A stretch of 64,000 nucleotides of DNA from Octopus sinensis (Eukaryota): assembly GCF_006345805.1 (NCBI RefSeq), contig NC_042999.1, positions 3,224,001-3,288,000 of the forward strand. Reading direction: 5' to 3'. The notes under the pieces were generated by a model. That model worked only from the letters and a program-made list of their open reading frames with translations. It did not search any database and was not told the origin of the DNA. Numbering within the stretch: the stretch's first letter is position 1; each line of letters starts with the position of its first letter. A program made the translations under genes and the position numbers. This document shows positions 13,066 through 24,340 of this stretch, piece by piece.

Positions 13066-13664
13066 AATATAAGAGGGAGTTTCTTAACCACTATGTGGAA
13101 ACCCTTATGCTAGAAGATCCTCATTTTGATTTTAATTTTTCATCCAATTTTTCACCCTCATTTTGATATATATATATATATAACTAATGTAGGATAAAAT
13201 TCTTTTGGGGAAAAAAAATTTTATCAATGGCCAGCATATCAAAAAATACTTTTAAAGGTTAAATTTATAAATAATTTACAAAATAAGGGCAAAAGAAAAA
13301 TTGGCATCAGAATTTTTCTTTTGCCCTCATTTTGATTTTAATTATATATATATATTATATATATATACACACATAAATATAAGAGGGAGTTTCTTAACCA
13401 CTATGTGGAAACCCTTATGCTAGAAGATCCTCATTTTGATTTTAATTTTTCATCCAATTTTTCACCCTCATTTTGATATATATATATATATAACTAATGT
13501 AGGATAAAATTCTTTTGGGGAAAAAAAATTTTATCAATGGCCAGCATATCAAAAAATACTTTTAAAGGTTAAATTTATAAATAATTTACAAAATAAGGGC
13601 AAAAGAAAAATTGGCATCAGAATTTTTCTTTTGCCCTCATTTTGATTTTAATTATATATATATA
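13047..13664. repeat. Near-identical direct tandem duplication, period 310 bp, bounded by (TA)n
   Basis: TTCTTAACCACTATGTGG occurs at 13081 and 13391; the copies read identical by eye. Confidence 0.9.
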
Positions 13665-14269
13665 AATATATATATATATACACACACTCACACACACAAA
13701 TACACATGATGTTGAGGATACACAATAACAATACACTCATTCAAATAAATGTTTGTAGAACCAGTTTATTTATATTTGTGTGTATATATATATGCTTATG
13801 TATTATTATTTATATACCTGTTTTTGTCTTTATTTCAAAGTGTCTTATGAAACAGTTTCTTTTATTAGATTTTGTCATCGTCCTTGCAATTTTTATTTAT
13901 ATTATTTATTTATGAATTTTGCCATTATTTGTGTTAATTTTGTTTTTGTTAGTGTTTTTTTTCTTCTTTCTCCTGTATTATTTTTGTGAAACTTCAGCTC
14001 AATACGTCTTCAAATTCTTAACGCTTAAGGGTGGTTTCAAAACTAGCTTCGTAAAAGATAATAGGTATTTGCTGAGCCTTTGTTTCTATGTTGTCATAGA
14101 ACTTGGTTCAAACCGTAAAATCTGTTTTCTCATTATATTCAGAAAAGTCTTCACGTTCCTTTGATCATTGGAATCTTTTATGTTACAGAGTTCCTCATCA
14201 CTAACAACCTTTTCTGGTAAAGACGGAAACCAGATAGTTCTTTGTTTAAGGTTTTATAAATGGAAGCAT

Positions 14270-14666
14270 TAAAATATAATGATAATGATAATAAAAATAG
14301 TAATAATAATAATGATAATGATAATAAAAATAGTAATAATAATAATGATAATGATAATAAAAATAGTAATAATAATAATGATAATAATGATGATATTAAT
14401 CATAATAATAATAATAATAATAATAATAAAATCACTGAAACAATAAATAAAAAGGTATTTTTCTTTCAATGTTGTTGGGAATTATTATTTGCAATTTAGA
14501 AAATATAATTGTGTAAGAGTTCATAGACTTCAGCAAACTTTGGAAAGAAGGTTTTAAAAAAATATTTTTAAAGTTGTATACATTGTGTGCTTATAGTTTA
14601 GACACATGTATACATATGTGTATATATTCATACTCTCACACACATATACATGTATATATGTATGTA

Positions 14667-14697
<31 letters not shown>

Positions 14698-14703
14698 TAA
14701 CTT

Positions 14704-14735
<32 letters not shown>

Positions 14736-14768
14736 TATATATATATATACACACACACATATATATAT

Positions 14769-14811
<43 letters not shown>

Positions 14812-15020
14812 CACATATATATATGTATATATATACACATATGTATATGTATATATATACACATATGTATATGTATATATATACACATATATATATGTAT
14901 ATATATACACATATATATATGTATATATATACATATATATATGTATGTATATATACACACATATCTGTATACACACACATATATATCATACATATATATA
15001 CATGCATACATGTAGATGTA
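14270..15020. repeat. (AAT/GAT)n tract followed by TA/CA/TG compound microsatellite
   Basis: Seen directly. Confidence 0.9.
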
Positions 15021-15724
15021 TATTCATGAGCATACCCACCCATTTTTATGTTGCTTTTCTTTCCCTCCCATTTGGAGAAAATGCAAAAAAAAAAATGAAA
15101 AAAAAGAAATAGGAAAGAAATAAATGGTGAAAATTAGAAGCTCTGAAAAATTCTTTGTGTGGAACTAGTTTCCATTAACTGGATCTGGCCATCGAACCAA
15201 CAGATGAACACAATTGAAACAACGTTTAGCTCCTCCTCCATCCAAAATATCAAAGACAGGCAAAGAGAAATCCCCAACATACAAATAGTTTATTGATACA
15301 TAATGAGTAGAACTTTCTGAAATACCAAAATGGTATTCAGAAAGATTATTTTTTTTCAATTCTGTAATTATTAAATAGCTTCTGCAAACAGAAATAATCG
15401 TATTATACACATTTACATCTTGTTTGTATATACCCTGTACATTCTTAAATTTCCACAAACCTCACCTTTTTCCTGTTTTCTTTTAATCTTTTGTCTTTAA
15501 CTTGTTCCAGTCATTAGGCTGTGGCCATACTGGAGCACTGCCTTGAAGGATTTTAGCTGAACGAATTAACCCTAGTGTTTATTATCATTTATGTCTTGCA
15601 CTTTTTATGTTGGTGTATTTTGTCTAACTGCTAAGTTACAGAGATGTAAACACCCCAACACAGGATATCAAATGCTGGTGGGAGACAAAGATGGTGTATG
15701 TGTGTATATGCATGTGTGTGTATG

Positions 15725-15815
<91 letters not shown>

Positions 15816-16032
15816 TACACTCTCGGAGTGGTTGGCATTAGGAAGGGCATCCAACTGTAGAAACTCTGCCAGATCAGATTGGCGTCTGGTGAAGCCATCT
15901 GGTTCGCCAAACCTCAGTCAAACCGTCCAACCCATGATAACATGGAAAGCGGACGTTAAACGATGATGATGATGATGTTGATGATGATGATGATCATCAT
16001 CGTTTAACGTCCGCTTTCCATGCTAGCATGGG

Positions 16033-16071
<39 letters not shown>

Positions 16072-16343
16072 CTTCAAATTTATAGAAAAACAATGATGCA
16101 GACAGGTGTAGGAACAACAAGAAGGTTTAATGCTCGTGGAAAAAATTCTGAAAATGATCCACTCATGTAATTTACGCACGCCCTAAAATTAATTTTTGCC
16201 TTCTTGAAAAAAGTGCGTAAATTACATGGGTTTTTATGGTGTGTGCGTGTAATGTATATATATATAATTCAGTTAGAGGTCATGAGAGTCTACTGTGATG
16301 AATCTACAAACAAGCATACATAACATCTAAGGGTATGTTTTTT

Positions 16344-16426
16344 CCCCCCTGAAGAGATTGTGCTCAGAAATATGAATTTAATATTTAATTAATTTCACTG
16401 TGTATAATTGAAACAGCTGTAAGGGA
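16344..16426 (+). ncRNA. Type-I hammerhead motif, degenerate (family 2, copy 1)
   Basis: CUGAAGA-GAUUGUGCUCAG...CUGUGUAUAAUU-GAAAC-AGCU-GUA-AGGGA; stem I has mismatches. Confidence 0.6.
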
Positions 16427-16497
16427 CAATGATTGATTTGTTGTTGATAATAAACTCTTATTAACTTCACAATCTCCAGTTTCTTCTTTTTCTTTTG

Positions 16498-16534
<37 letters not shown>

Positions 16535-16701
16535 TTATTGAGAGAAAATCACAACACGCATATATTAGCATTGGGCCCCTAGATTTGTGGCACCCCAGTG
16601 CAATAAGGGAACTGCTTTTGTGATTGATAAATATATTTCTCTCAAGTACTGGTGTCAAATCATCTCCCCCCTCACTCTTCCTCCTTCTCTCTCTCCTCTC
16701 T

Positions 16702-16732
<31 letters not shown>

Positions 16733-17441
16733 CCAATAGGTTATGCTTCTTTGTGAGAAGTGCTCGGGAAGACAGCACACACCATATTTTTTCTTCCAGA
16801 AATGGAAAATTCTTAAATGAGGGAGCTAATAATCTCTTTCGACAGGAATGCTGTTATGAACCAGTACCACATGGAAGATAAACAAAATAAAAGAAGTCCA
16901 GGTCTTTTTTTTATATATCAATTTCTTCCTTGTTGCTGTTGCTTCTTCATCACAAAGCCAGCCTCGCTTGAGCAGATATATGACAGTAGAATGTTGTTCA
17001 ATGAAGACTTAGCTACTATTTCCAGCAGTACCAGCAAACATTTAAGAGTCTTCCTCACTGTTTCATCTAATTTCTTTCTCTCTGAACTCTGCGGAGCTGC
17101 CAAGAAGCCATTCTGTTAGATTAATGTTTATCAAACTATCACCTTCCTTGGCACATAACAGAATACTTTGGATAAAGTGTCAACATTGAACATGAAAAAG
17201 CCTGACTGTTGCTGCCATTCATTTCCAGGAACCACTTTCCCAATGCCGAGGAATTTCACACTTTGGAGATTGTTGATTAATGGAGTAATTTTTCCACGTT
17301 TTAGAATGAATTCTCAGCTATTTCAAGACTGGTCCATATACAGGAATATGACAGTCTAATGATTTAACATAATTTTACTGTTAGTAATTAACGTATTGTA
17401 AGACAGCTACAGGATATTCAATATGACTGGGACTTAGTCAT

Positions 17442-19355
17442 GTTAGTTAGTTAGTTAGTTAGTTAATTTGGCTCAAAAGCAAATAGCAAGGCCATGTAGG
17501 GGGACATGGAGTTAAGTACAGGGTGGTGTTCATGTAAAGAGTTCAGGCCACTTGAGGTCCAGGGAGGCTTTGAACAAAGCGGTCGTCGGCATCTTCACCA
17601 TCTCATCTGGCAGCTTGTTCCACGGATCCGCAACCCGGACGGAGAAAGCTCCTCTCCTTCGATTGAGATGAAATCGTCGCAGGTAGAGCTTTTCGGAATG
17701 ACCCCGCAGCCGACGCTCCGGAGCAGGAGTGAAGAACAGCTCTTTCGAGAGGTTACACTTCCCGCTTATGATGTTGTGGGCGAGAATGAGATCACCACGG
17801 CGGCGGCGTTTTTCAAGAGAATAAAGGTCGAGCGTCCTCAGCCTTTCTTCGTAGGACAAATTTTTGAGACCATGAACCAGGCGGGTAGCCAGCCTCTGGA
17901 CTCTTTCGAGGTGCTGTATGTCTTTGAGGAGATAAGGAGAAGAGGCTTGAATCCCATACTCCAATATGGGTCTCACCAGCGTGACATAGAGTGGCAGGAA
18001 TATGGCTGCTGTGAGCACTCCGAATGACCGTCGAATCAAAAACAGAATTCCGCGCGCTTTGTTGGCAGCATGGACGCACTGGGCCGAAGGCGAAAAGGAG
18101 GAATCCACCAAGATACCCAGGTCCTTTACCTGTTCGGTCCTCTCCAGCAGCAGACGACCCGGCTCGAAATCAAGTTGAGTTGCAGGAGTAGAGCCGACAG
18201 GCAGATGACAGCACTTTGACACGTTCAGACACAGGTCCCAATCGTTAGACCACTTCCAAATTTGGTGGAGGCATCGACGAAGATCCTCTATATTACCGCG
18301 AGGAGCGACCAGTTTGATATCGTCGGCAAATAGAAGGGTGTGTTGCGTGAGGTCGTCGGGCAAGTCATTTATGAAGACTAAGAACAACAAGGGCCCAAGC
18401 ACTGAACCTTGAGGCACGCCACTGCTCGCACTGGAGACGTCGGACCGCGAACCATTAACTTGAACTTGGAAGGAGCGATCTGAGAGGAAGGCACCAACCC
18501 ATCGTACAATATCCGGATGGAAACTATATGCTTGAAGCTTGACAAGTGGTAGGCGGTGGTTTACCGAGTCAAAAGCTTTGGCAAAGTCCAATAAAACGAT
18601 GTCAACAGCATCACTATCATCGAGGATGCGCGTCACCAATTCTTCCATTACTAGTAAGTTGGTCAAGCATGATCTCTTCGGCACGAAGCCGTGTTGGGAA
18701 TCAGTGATCGAGGCTGTGCTTAGGAGGTGGAGCATCATACTTTTCTTAAGGATGGTTTCGAACATCTTGCTGATTATTGATGTAAGGGAAACCGGTCGGT
18801 AGTTAAGCGGGTCTTCGCGGCTCCCTTTCTTGAAAATTGGGCAGATTATTGCTGTTCTCCAGTCTGCAGGTATAACACCCGTCGCCAATGACATATTGAA
18901 TAGTCGTGTTAAGGGCTCGCAGATGACCGGAGCCAACGCTTTGATAACCCGTGGGTGTATGCCATCAGGGCCGTGACCCTTGTTGACATCGAGGCCTTGA
19001 ATAACACGTTTGACTTGGTCCCGCGTGATGATCAATCGAAGCATTGGAGGTACCGATCTATCAAATGGAGGGGGTTCACGACCATCATCTTGTTTGAAAA
19101 TAGTTGAAAAAGCCTCGGCAAATAATTGACTCTGTTGATAAGGGTCCTCAATCGATACGCCTGTTGAGTATACCAATGTTACAATCTGGTTGTTCAAGGG
19201 GGAATTCCGCTGGACATGGGCAAAGAAGGTTTTTGGATTGCTACTGGCATTTGCTGCGATTTTGTATTCATAACTGAAGCGTTCTTTCTTTTCAATTTTC
19301 ACGGCTCGGTCTCGTTGAGTTTTGTACACCTCAAAAGCTGCAGTCGAATCCAAGA
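17442..19355 (-). mobile_element. 5'-truncated CR1-type LINE with (CTAA)n tail
   Basis: Uninterrupted RT ORF, short 3' UTR, and (GTTA)n on the plus strand at 17442-17465. A second 3' fragment of the family lies at 36520-36735 (+). Confidence 0.92.
17530..19353 (-). CDS. CR1/L2-group LINE ORF2 reverse transcriptase (607 aa, endonuclease domain missing)
   Basis: Motifs YRPVSLTS, LLDFAKAFDSVNH, GVPQGSVLGPLLFLVFINDL, LLFADDIKL, RLRGH and FSVRVADPWNKLP. The TTG start is probably just the truncation point. Confidence 0.92.
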   Translation of the reverse strand: MDSTAAFEVYKTQRDRAVKIEKKERFSYEYKIAANASSNPKTFFAHVQRNSPLNNQIVTLVYSTGVSIEDPYQQSQLFAEAFSTIFKQDDGREPPPFDRSVPPMLRLIITRDQVKRVIQGLDVNKGHGPDGIHPRVIKALAPVICEPLTRLFNMSLATGVIPADWRTAIICPIFKKGSREDPLNYRPVSLTSIISKMFETILKKSMMLHLLSTASITDSQHGFVPKRSCLTNLLVMEELVTRILDDSDAVDIVLLDFAKAFDSVNHRLPLVKLQAYSFHPDIVRWVGAFLSDRSFQVQVNGSRSDVSSASSGVPQGSVLGPLLFLVFINDLPDDLTQHTLLFADDIKLVAPRGNIEDLRRCLHQIWKWSNDWDLCLNVSKCCHLPVGSTPATQLDFEPGRLLLERTEQVKDLGILVDSSFSPSAQCVHAANKARGILFLIRRSFGVLTAAIFLPLYVTLVRPILEYGIQASSPYLLKDIQHLERVQRLATRLVHGLKNLSYEERLRTLDLYSLEKRRRRGDLILAHNIISGKCNLSKELFFTPAPERRLRGHSEKLYLRRFHLNRRRGAFSVRVADPWNKLPDEMVKMPTTALFKASLDLKWPELFT

Positions 19356-19419
19356 AGAATCTGGAGAGGCACCAAATGATAAGGATTTTGGTTCCTGTTC
19401 ATGTGGTCATCATCATCAT

Positions 19420-19910
19420 CTGATACCAGTACCACCTGACTGGCTCTCATGGCGGTGGCACATAAAAAGCACCATCCAAATATGGCTGATGCCAGTACCC
19501 CACTGACTGGCTCCCATGCCAGTGGCATGTAAAGAGCACCATCCAAACATAATTGGTGCCAGGTCCGCCTAACTGGCTCCTGTGCCAGTGGTATGTAAAA
19601 AGCACCATCTGAACGTGGCTGATGCCAGTACCCCCCTGACTGGCCCCCACCGTGCCGGTGGCATGTAAAAAGTACTATCCAAACATGATTGATGCCAGGC
19701 CCACCTGATTGGTTCCTGTGCAGGTGGCACGTAAAAAGCACCCACTACACTCTCAGAGGGGTTGGAGTTAGGAAGGGCATCCTGCTGTAGAAACAATGCC
19801 ACATCAGATTGGAGCCTGGTGCAGCTGCTGGCTCTCCAGACCTCAGTCAAACCGTCCAACCCATGCCAACATGGAAAACGGACGTTAAACGATGATGATG
19901 ATCATCATCA
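19420..19910 (+). mobile_element. Family B element: about 59-bp tandem array, conserved 3' module and (GAT)n tail (RTE-like 3' end)
   Basis: About five units of GATGCCAGTACC..TGACTGGC..GTGCCGGTGGCACGTAAAAAGCACC, then ...GGAAGGGCATCC...CAACCCATGC...GACGTTAAACGATGATGAT. The 3' module recurs about 20 times in the window. RTE assignment is by resemblance only. Confidence 0.7.
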
Positions 19911-20636
19911 TACACCCACTTTTCCATTATTGTATGGGTCAGACGGAATTTTTTGAGATGAATTTTCTACAGCCAGGGGCTCTTCCTGTCTCTAACCCTT
20001 ACCTGTTTCCAAGAAAAGTTATATTCCCTCATGGTCCGACATGTTTTCATGGAAGAATTGAAATAGACACCGCTTGCATGACAGTGATGTTCATTTACAT
20101 CCATCACATGAAGTCAAAGTACGGAGAGAGTAACAAACACACACACACACACACACATATGCATATATAATCAACAAGACAGGCTTCTTTCAATTTCCAT
20201 CTATCAAATCTACTCACAAGGCTTTAGTCAGCCCAGGGCTATAGTAGGAGACACTTACTCAAAGTACCACACAATGGGACTGGGTCCTAAAACCATGTGA
20301 TTTGGAAATAAACTTCCCACCACACAGGCATTTGCATTTATATCATGTAATTTTAGTTTTGACCCACAACAATTTTTACAGCCAAATTATGCTTACCTAT
20401 ATACATGTAGATATAAGCATCGTTTAATTGTTGAGAGGTTTGGTTCACAATCATAGGGTCCCGAGTTCAATCCTGATATAAGACATCTTGAGAAACTTTC
20501 TTATTTTCATTTTTTCAATTCTAGTTTCAGGCTGGCCCATACCTTGTAGATGAAATCTGGCTGGTGGAAAATGAGTGAAGCCCTGCTGGATATATTGCCA
20601 CACACCACATCACACTGATTCTGCTAAAAGACTACA

Positions 20637-21273
20637 TTAACCCTTTAGCTTTTAAACTGGTCATATTTGGCAAAAATATTTTATCTGTTTTGTGTTCAAA
20701 CTGGATAGATCCAGCCTCTTACACCTACCCTACAATGTCATTCTAAAACTATACAATTACATCATCAAAATTCCCAAGATACAGGATAATGTGTGATTAA
20801 TTCAAAACAATATAAATAAATAAATATTACATTTGACAGAATAATCTGAATAGGCACAGGAGTGGCTGTGTGGTAAGTAGCTTGCTTACCAACCACATGG
20901 TTCTGGGTTCAATCTCACTGCGTGGCACCTTGGGCAGGTGTCTTCAACTATAACCTCGGGCCGACCAAAGCCTTGTGAGTAGATTTGGTAAACAGAAACT
21001 GAAATAAGCCTGTCGTGTGTGTATATATATATATATATATATTTATTTGTGTGTGTCTGTGTTTGTCCCCCCACCATCGCATAGCAACCAATGTTGATGT
21101 GTCTACATCCCCGTAACTTAGCGGTTCGGCAAAAGAGACCGATAGAATAAGTACAAGGCTTCCAAAGAATAAGTACTGGGGTTGATTTGTTCGACTAAAG
21201 GCGGTGCTCCAGCATGGCCGCAGTCAAATGACTGAAACAAATAAAAGAAAAAGAATGAATGCTAAAGGGTTAA
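20637..21273. mobile_element. TTAA-flanked piggyBac-type MITE with SINE A inserted at about 20852-21255
   Basis: TTAA-CCCTTTAGC ... GCTAAAGGG-TTAA. Confidence 0.8.
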
Positions 21274-21710
21274 AGGTGCTCATGTCTGAGGAATATTCAG
21301 CCATGTACAAGTTAATTTTAGTTTACTGAGCAACTGACTATTTTATCAATCAAATCATTATAGATTCAGCTATTGATTCCATGTAAAGATGGTAAAAAGA
21401 CATCCTGCTTTTCTAAAAACCCAAAAAAAATTCAAAATCAAAAATCTTACTTGTCAGCCACATGATTCCAGGTTCAGTCCCACTGTATGGCGTCTTGTGC
21501 AGATGTCCTCTGCTATACAGTTGGGCTGACTAAAACCCTGTCAATGGATTAGATAGACAGAGACTGAAAGAAGCCCTTAATATGTGTCTTTGTCCCCACT
21601 ACGGTTTGACAGCCAGTGTTGGTATGTTTACATCCCCATGACTTAGTAGTTCAGCAGAAGTGATGGATAGAATAAGTAACGGGCTTTAAAAAATTTTCTA
21701 GGATCAATTC

Positions 21711-21941
21711 ACATTATTTACATTTGACGGATATTTGTTTTCATCTTGTTTGTAGTTAACACAACGTTTCGGCTGATATACCCTCCAGCCTTCATCAGGT
21801 GTCTTGGGGAAATTTCAAACCTGGGTCCTCATTCCTAAGGTATTTTTCAATGTTATTAATATTATTCAGGTCACTGCCTGGAATCAAACTCAGAATCTTG
21901 GGGTTAGTAACCCACACTCTTAACCACTATGGCAAGTGCCC
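21711..21941 (-). mobile_element. tRNA-headed SINE-like element carrying a hammerhead ribozyme, nested in a SINE A copy
   Basis: Minus strand: GCCATAGTGGTTAAGAGTGTGGGTTACTAACCCCAAGATTCTGAGTTTGATTCCAGG (A box, anticodon-like arm, B box), then the hammerhead, then an AT-rich tail. Confidence 0.75.
21758..21803 (-). ncRNA. Minimal type-I hammerhead ribozyme
   Basis: GACAC-CUGAUGA-A-GGCUG-GAGGGUAUAU-CAGCC-GAAAC-GUU-GUGUU; AACGUU palindromic stem III. Confidence 0.8.
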
Positions 21942-22704
21942 AGCAGTGCTGTAGCATGGCCACAGTCTCATGACTGAAACAAGTAAAAGATAAAAGATAC
22001 CTATTTGTTTGATTATCAATTAATCTATTTCTTATATAATCCTAACAAAGGCTTAATGTTTTACTCTTAAATCTGGCAACAACCAAAAACAAAAAAAAAA
22101 CAAAAAACTCTGCTCTAATTTGTAGAAGAGTATTATTTATTATTGATAGTATTGGTTATAGAATATTGAACAGCAGAGATGATGGTCGTTTTTGAGAAAT
22201 ATAATTAGAAGTAGTTCAAGCAAATTTATCGGTTCTGGAAAAAAAAAAACTGTCTGTTTAGTTACAAGTTAGCATTTATGGCTATTGAAATTAAAAGAGT
22301 TGTTTAACCGGAATTGGCAACCGTTTTCAAGCTCTATTAGTTTTCACAACTATTTTATTCCCTTCGACTTACCAAGTGCTATATAGTCATTGATTAAAGC
22401 CCAACCTACCCAGCAGGAAAAGAAAAAAAAGAGAGAAAGAAAAACTATTAAAATTACTAAATCTATCTGACATTTATGAGGAGTCAAATGGTGCTTTGCC
22501 AAACTATTAAGGAATCGGTTTGGCCTGTTAGACTTCAGAAAGTGCATGAGAGAATATAATATGGTGTATATATATTCTTCCTTTTTTATATAATGTATCT
22601 AATTCTGTTTAACTTTGAAGAATTGATCTCTTTGTTCACGTACCTGTTGTGGATACAATACTAGTTGCAGGAAGTACTCTTTAATCTTGAAGTTACATTA
22701 CTCT

Positions 22705-23117
22705 TTTTACTCTTTTACTTGTTTCAGTCATTTGACTGCGGCCATGCTGGAGCACTGCCTTTTTTAATTGAGCAACTCGATCCCGGGACTTATTCTTTTG
22801 TAAGCCCAGTACTTATTCTATCGATCTCTTTTTCCGAACCGCTAAGTAACGGGAACATAAACACACTAGCATTGGTTGTCAAGCAATGCTAGGGGGACAA
22901 ACACAGGCACACAAACATACATGCACACATACATATATATATATACATATATACAACGGGCTTCTTTCCATTTCCGTCTACCAAATCCACTCACAAGGCA
23001 TTGGTCAGCCCGAGGCTATAGTAGAAAACACTTGCCCAAGGTGCCACGCAGTGGGACTGAACCCAGAACCATGTGGCTGGTAAACAAGCTACTTACCACA
23101 CAGCCACTCCTACGCCT
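22705..23117 (-). mobile_element. SINE family A copy
   Basis: Reverse complement of the family A consensus. Confidence 0.85.
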
Positions 23118-23449
23118 ACATTACTAACAAAGCCAAGCATTGTTGTTTTTATTATGGTAGATTGCAACAAATCAGTAAATCACAAGCCGAAATACCTTGT
23201 CTTTATTTACATTCTGAGTTCAAATTCCATTAATGCCAACATAATCTTTCACCCACCTGTGGTCAAAGCAATAAAAAGTCACTTGCGGATTTTAGTCAGC
23301 AAGATGTCATTTTGAGATTTGGTGGCAACAAATATCCTCAAACCTCAAGGATCTTTCTTCGGGTTCTTGAAGAATACATATTGGCACTTTTCTGCAGATT
23401 TACAATACGAGTTTTAATCTCAGTATTCTTTCAGCCAGCGTTGCCTTCC

Positions 23450-23840
23450 TGGCACTTGAGTCCCATGCTAGTAGGGTGCTAAGAGCACCATCCGAGCCTG
23501 ATTGTTGCCAGAGCGGCTAACTGGCTTCCGTGGCGGTGGCATGTAAAAGGCATCATTCGAGTGTGATCATTACTAGCACCTGTGCCAGTGGCATGCGTAA
23601 AAAGATTCGACCAAGGTCGTTGCCAGTACCGCCTGACTGGCCCCCATTCCGGTGGCACATAAAATCACCCAATACACTTTCGGAGTGATTGGCGTTAGGA
23701 AGGGCATCCAGCTGTAGAAACTTTGCCAGATCAAGATTGAAGCCTGGTGCAGCTATCTGGTTCGCCAGTCCTCAGTCAACTTGTCCAACCCATGCTAGCA
23801 TGGGAAGCAGACATTAAACGATGACGATGATGATGATGAT
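23450..23840 (+). mobile_element. Family B element
   Basis: Internal repeats, conserved 3' module and (GAT)n tail. Confidence 0.7.
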
Positions 23841-23859
23841 TTTATGTAGCATTTTGGAT

Positions 23860-24340
23860 GTTGTGCCAAGTGCACCAATTATCACAGGAACAATTGCCAC
23901 CTCATCTTCCACAACCTCTTGCTTCCTGGATAGGTCTTGATTTTCCCCAATTTCTTTGGTATCCATTGTATTATGATTTGGTATTGCTAAGCCTATGATC
24001 TTTCACTGTTGTTTATTTTGTCCTCTCAAATCATATTTGGTCTTGATTCAAGAATATGGTCAATCTGTAATGAGAATCCTACAAATCCTGTATCTACCAT
24101 TCACCATTACATCATGTGGTTCCTGCTCATACCACTTTTCTACACTTGGCAACATCCCAATGCACTCTTTTATTGGCGCAGTCATGCCTGCACTTATACT
24201 CTTTTTGTGCTAGCTTACAACATTTACATAAGGGACTGTTAATACTTTCATCTTCTTTTCCACAGATTCTGCATATGTTCTCTGAGTTTTATCAATTTTT
24301 GCCTCTATCAAAATTCACTTTGATGGCTTGTTCCTGAGTG
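23860..24340 (-). pseudogene. R4/Dong-type (restriction-like endonuclease) LINE C-terminal remnant
   Basis: With frameshifts: C..LAQKEYKCRHD...VHW...KWYEQEP...VAIVPVIIGALGT, matching the CCHC plus RLE tail of this clade. Confidence 0.7.

Noticed and set aside
15165-15458. 97-aa minus-strand ORF (…YLYVGDFSLPVFDILDGGGAKRCF…) with possible acceptors
   Set aside because: No recognisable domain and no verified splice partner; not called as an exon.
16740-17440. Coding-like unique sequence next to the CR1, with faint hAT- or pol-like words in different frames
   Set aside because: Stops in all frames and no consistent motif set, so no family can be supported.
19420-19760. CRISPR-like appearance of regularly spaced repeats
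   Set aside because: The sequences between the conserved cores are themselves homologous (a tandem repeat, not unique spacers); eukaryotic context and no cas genes.
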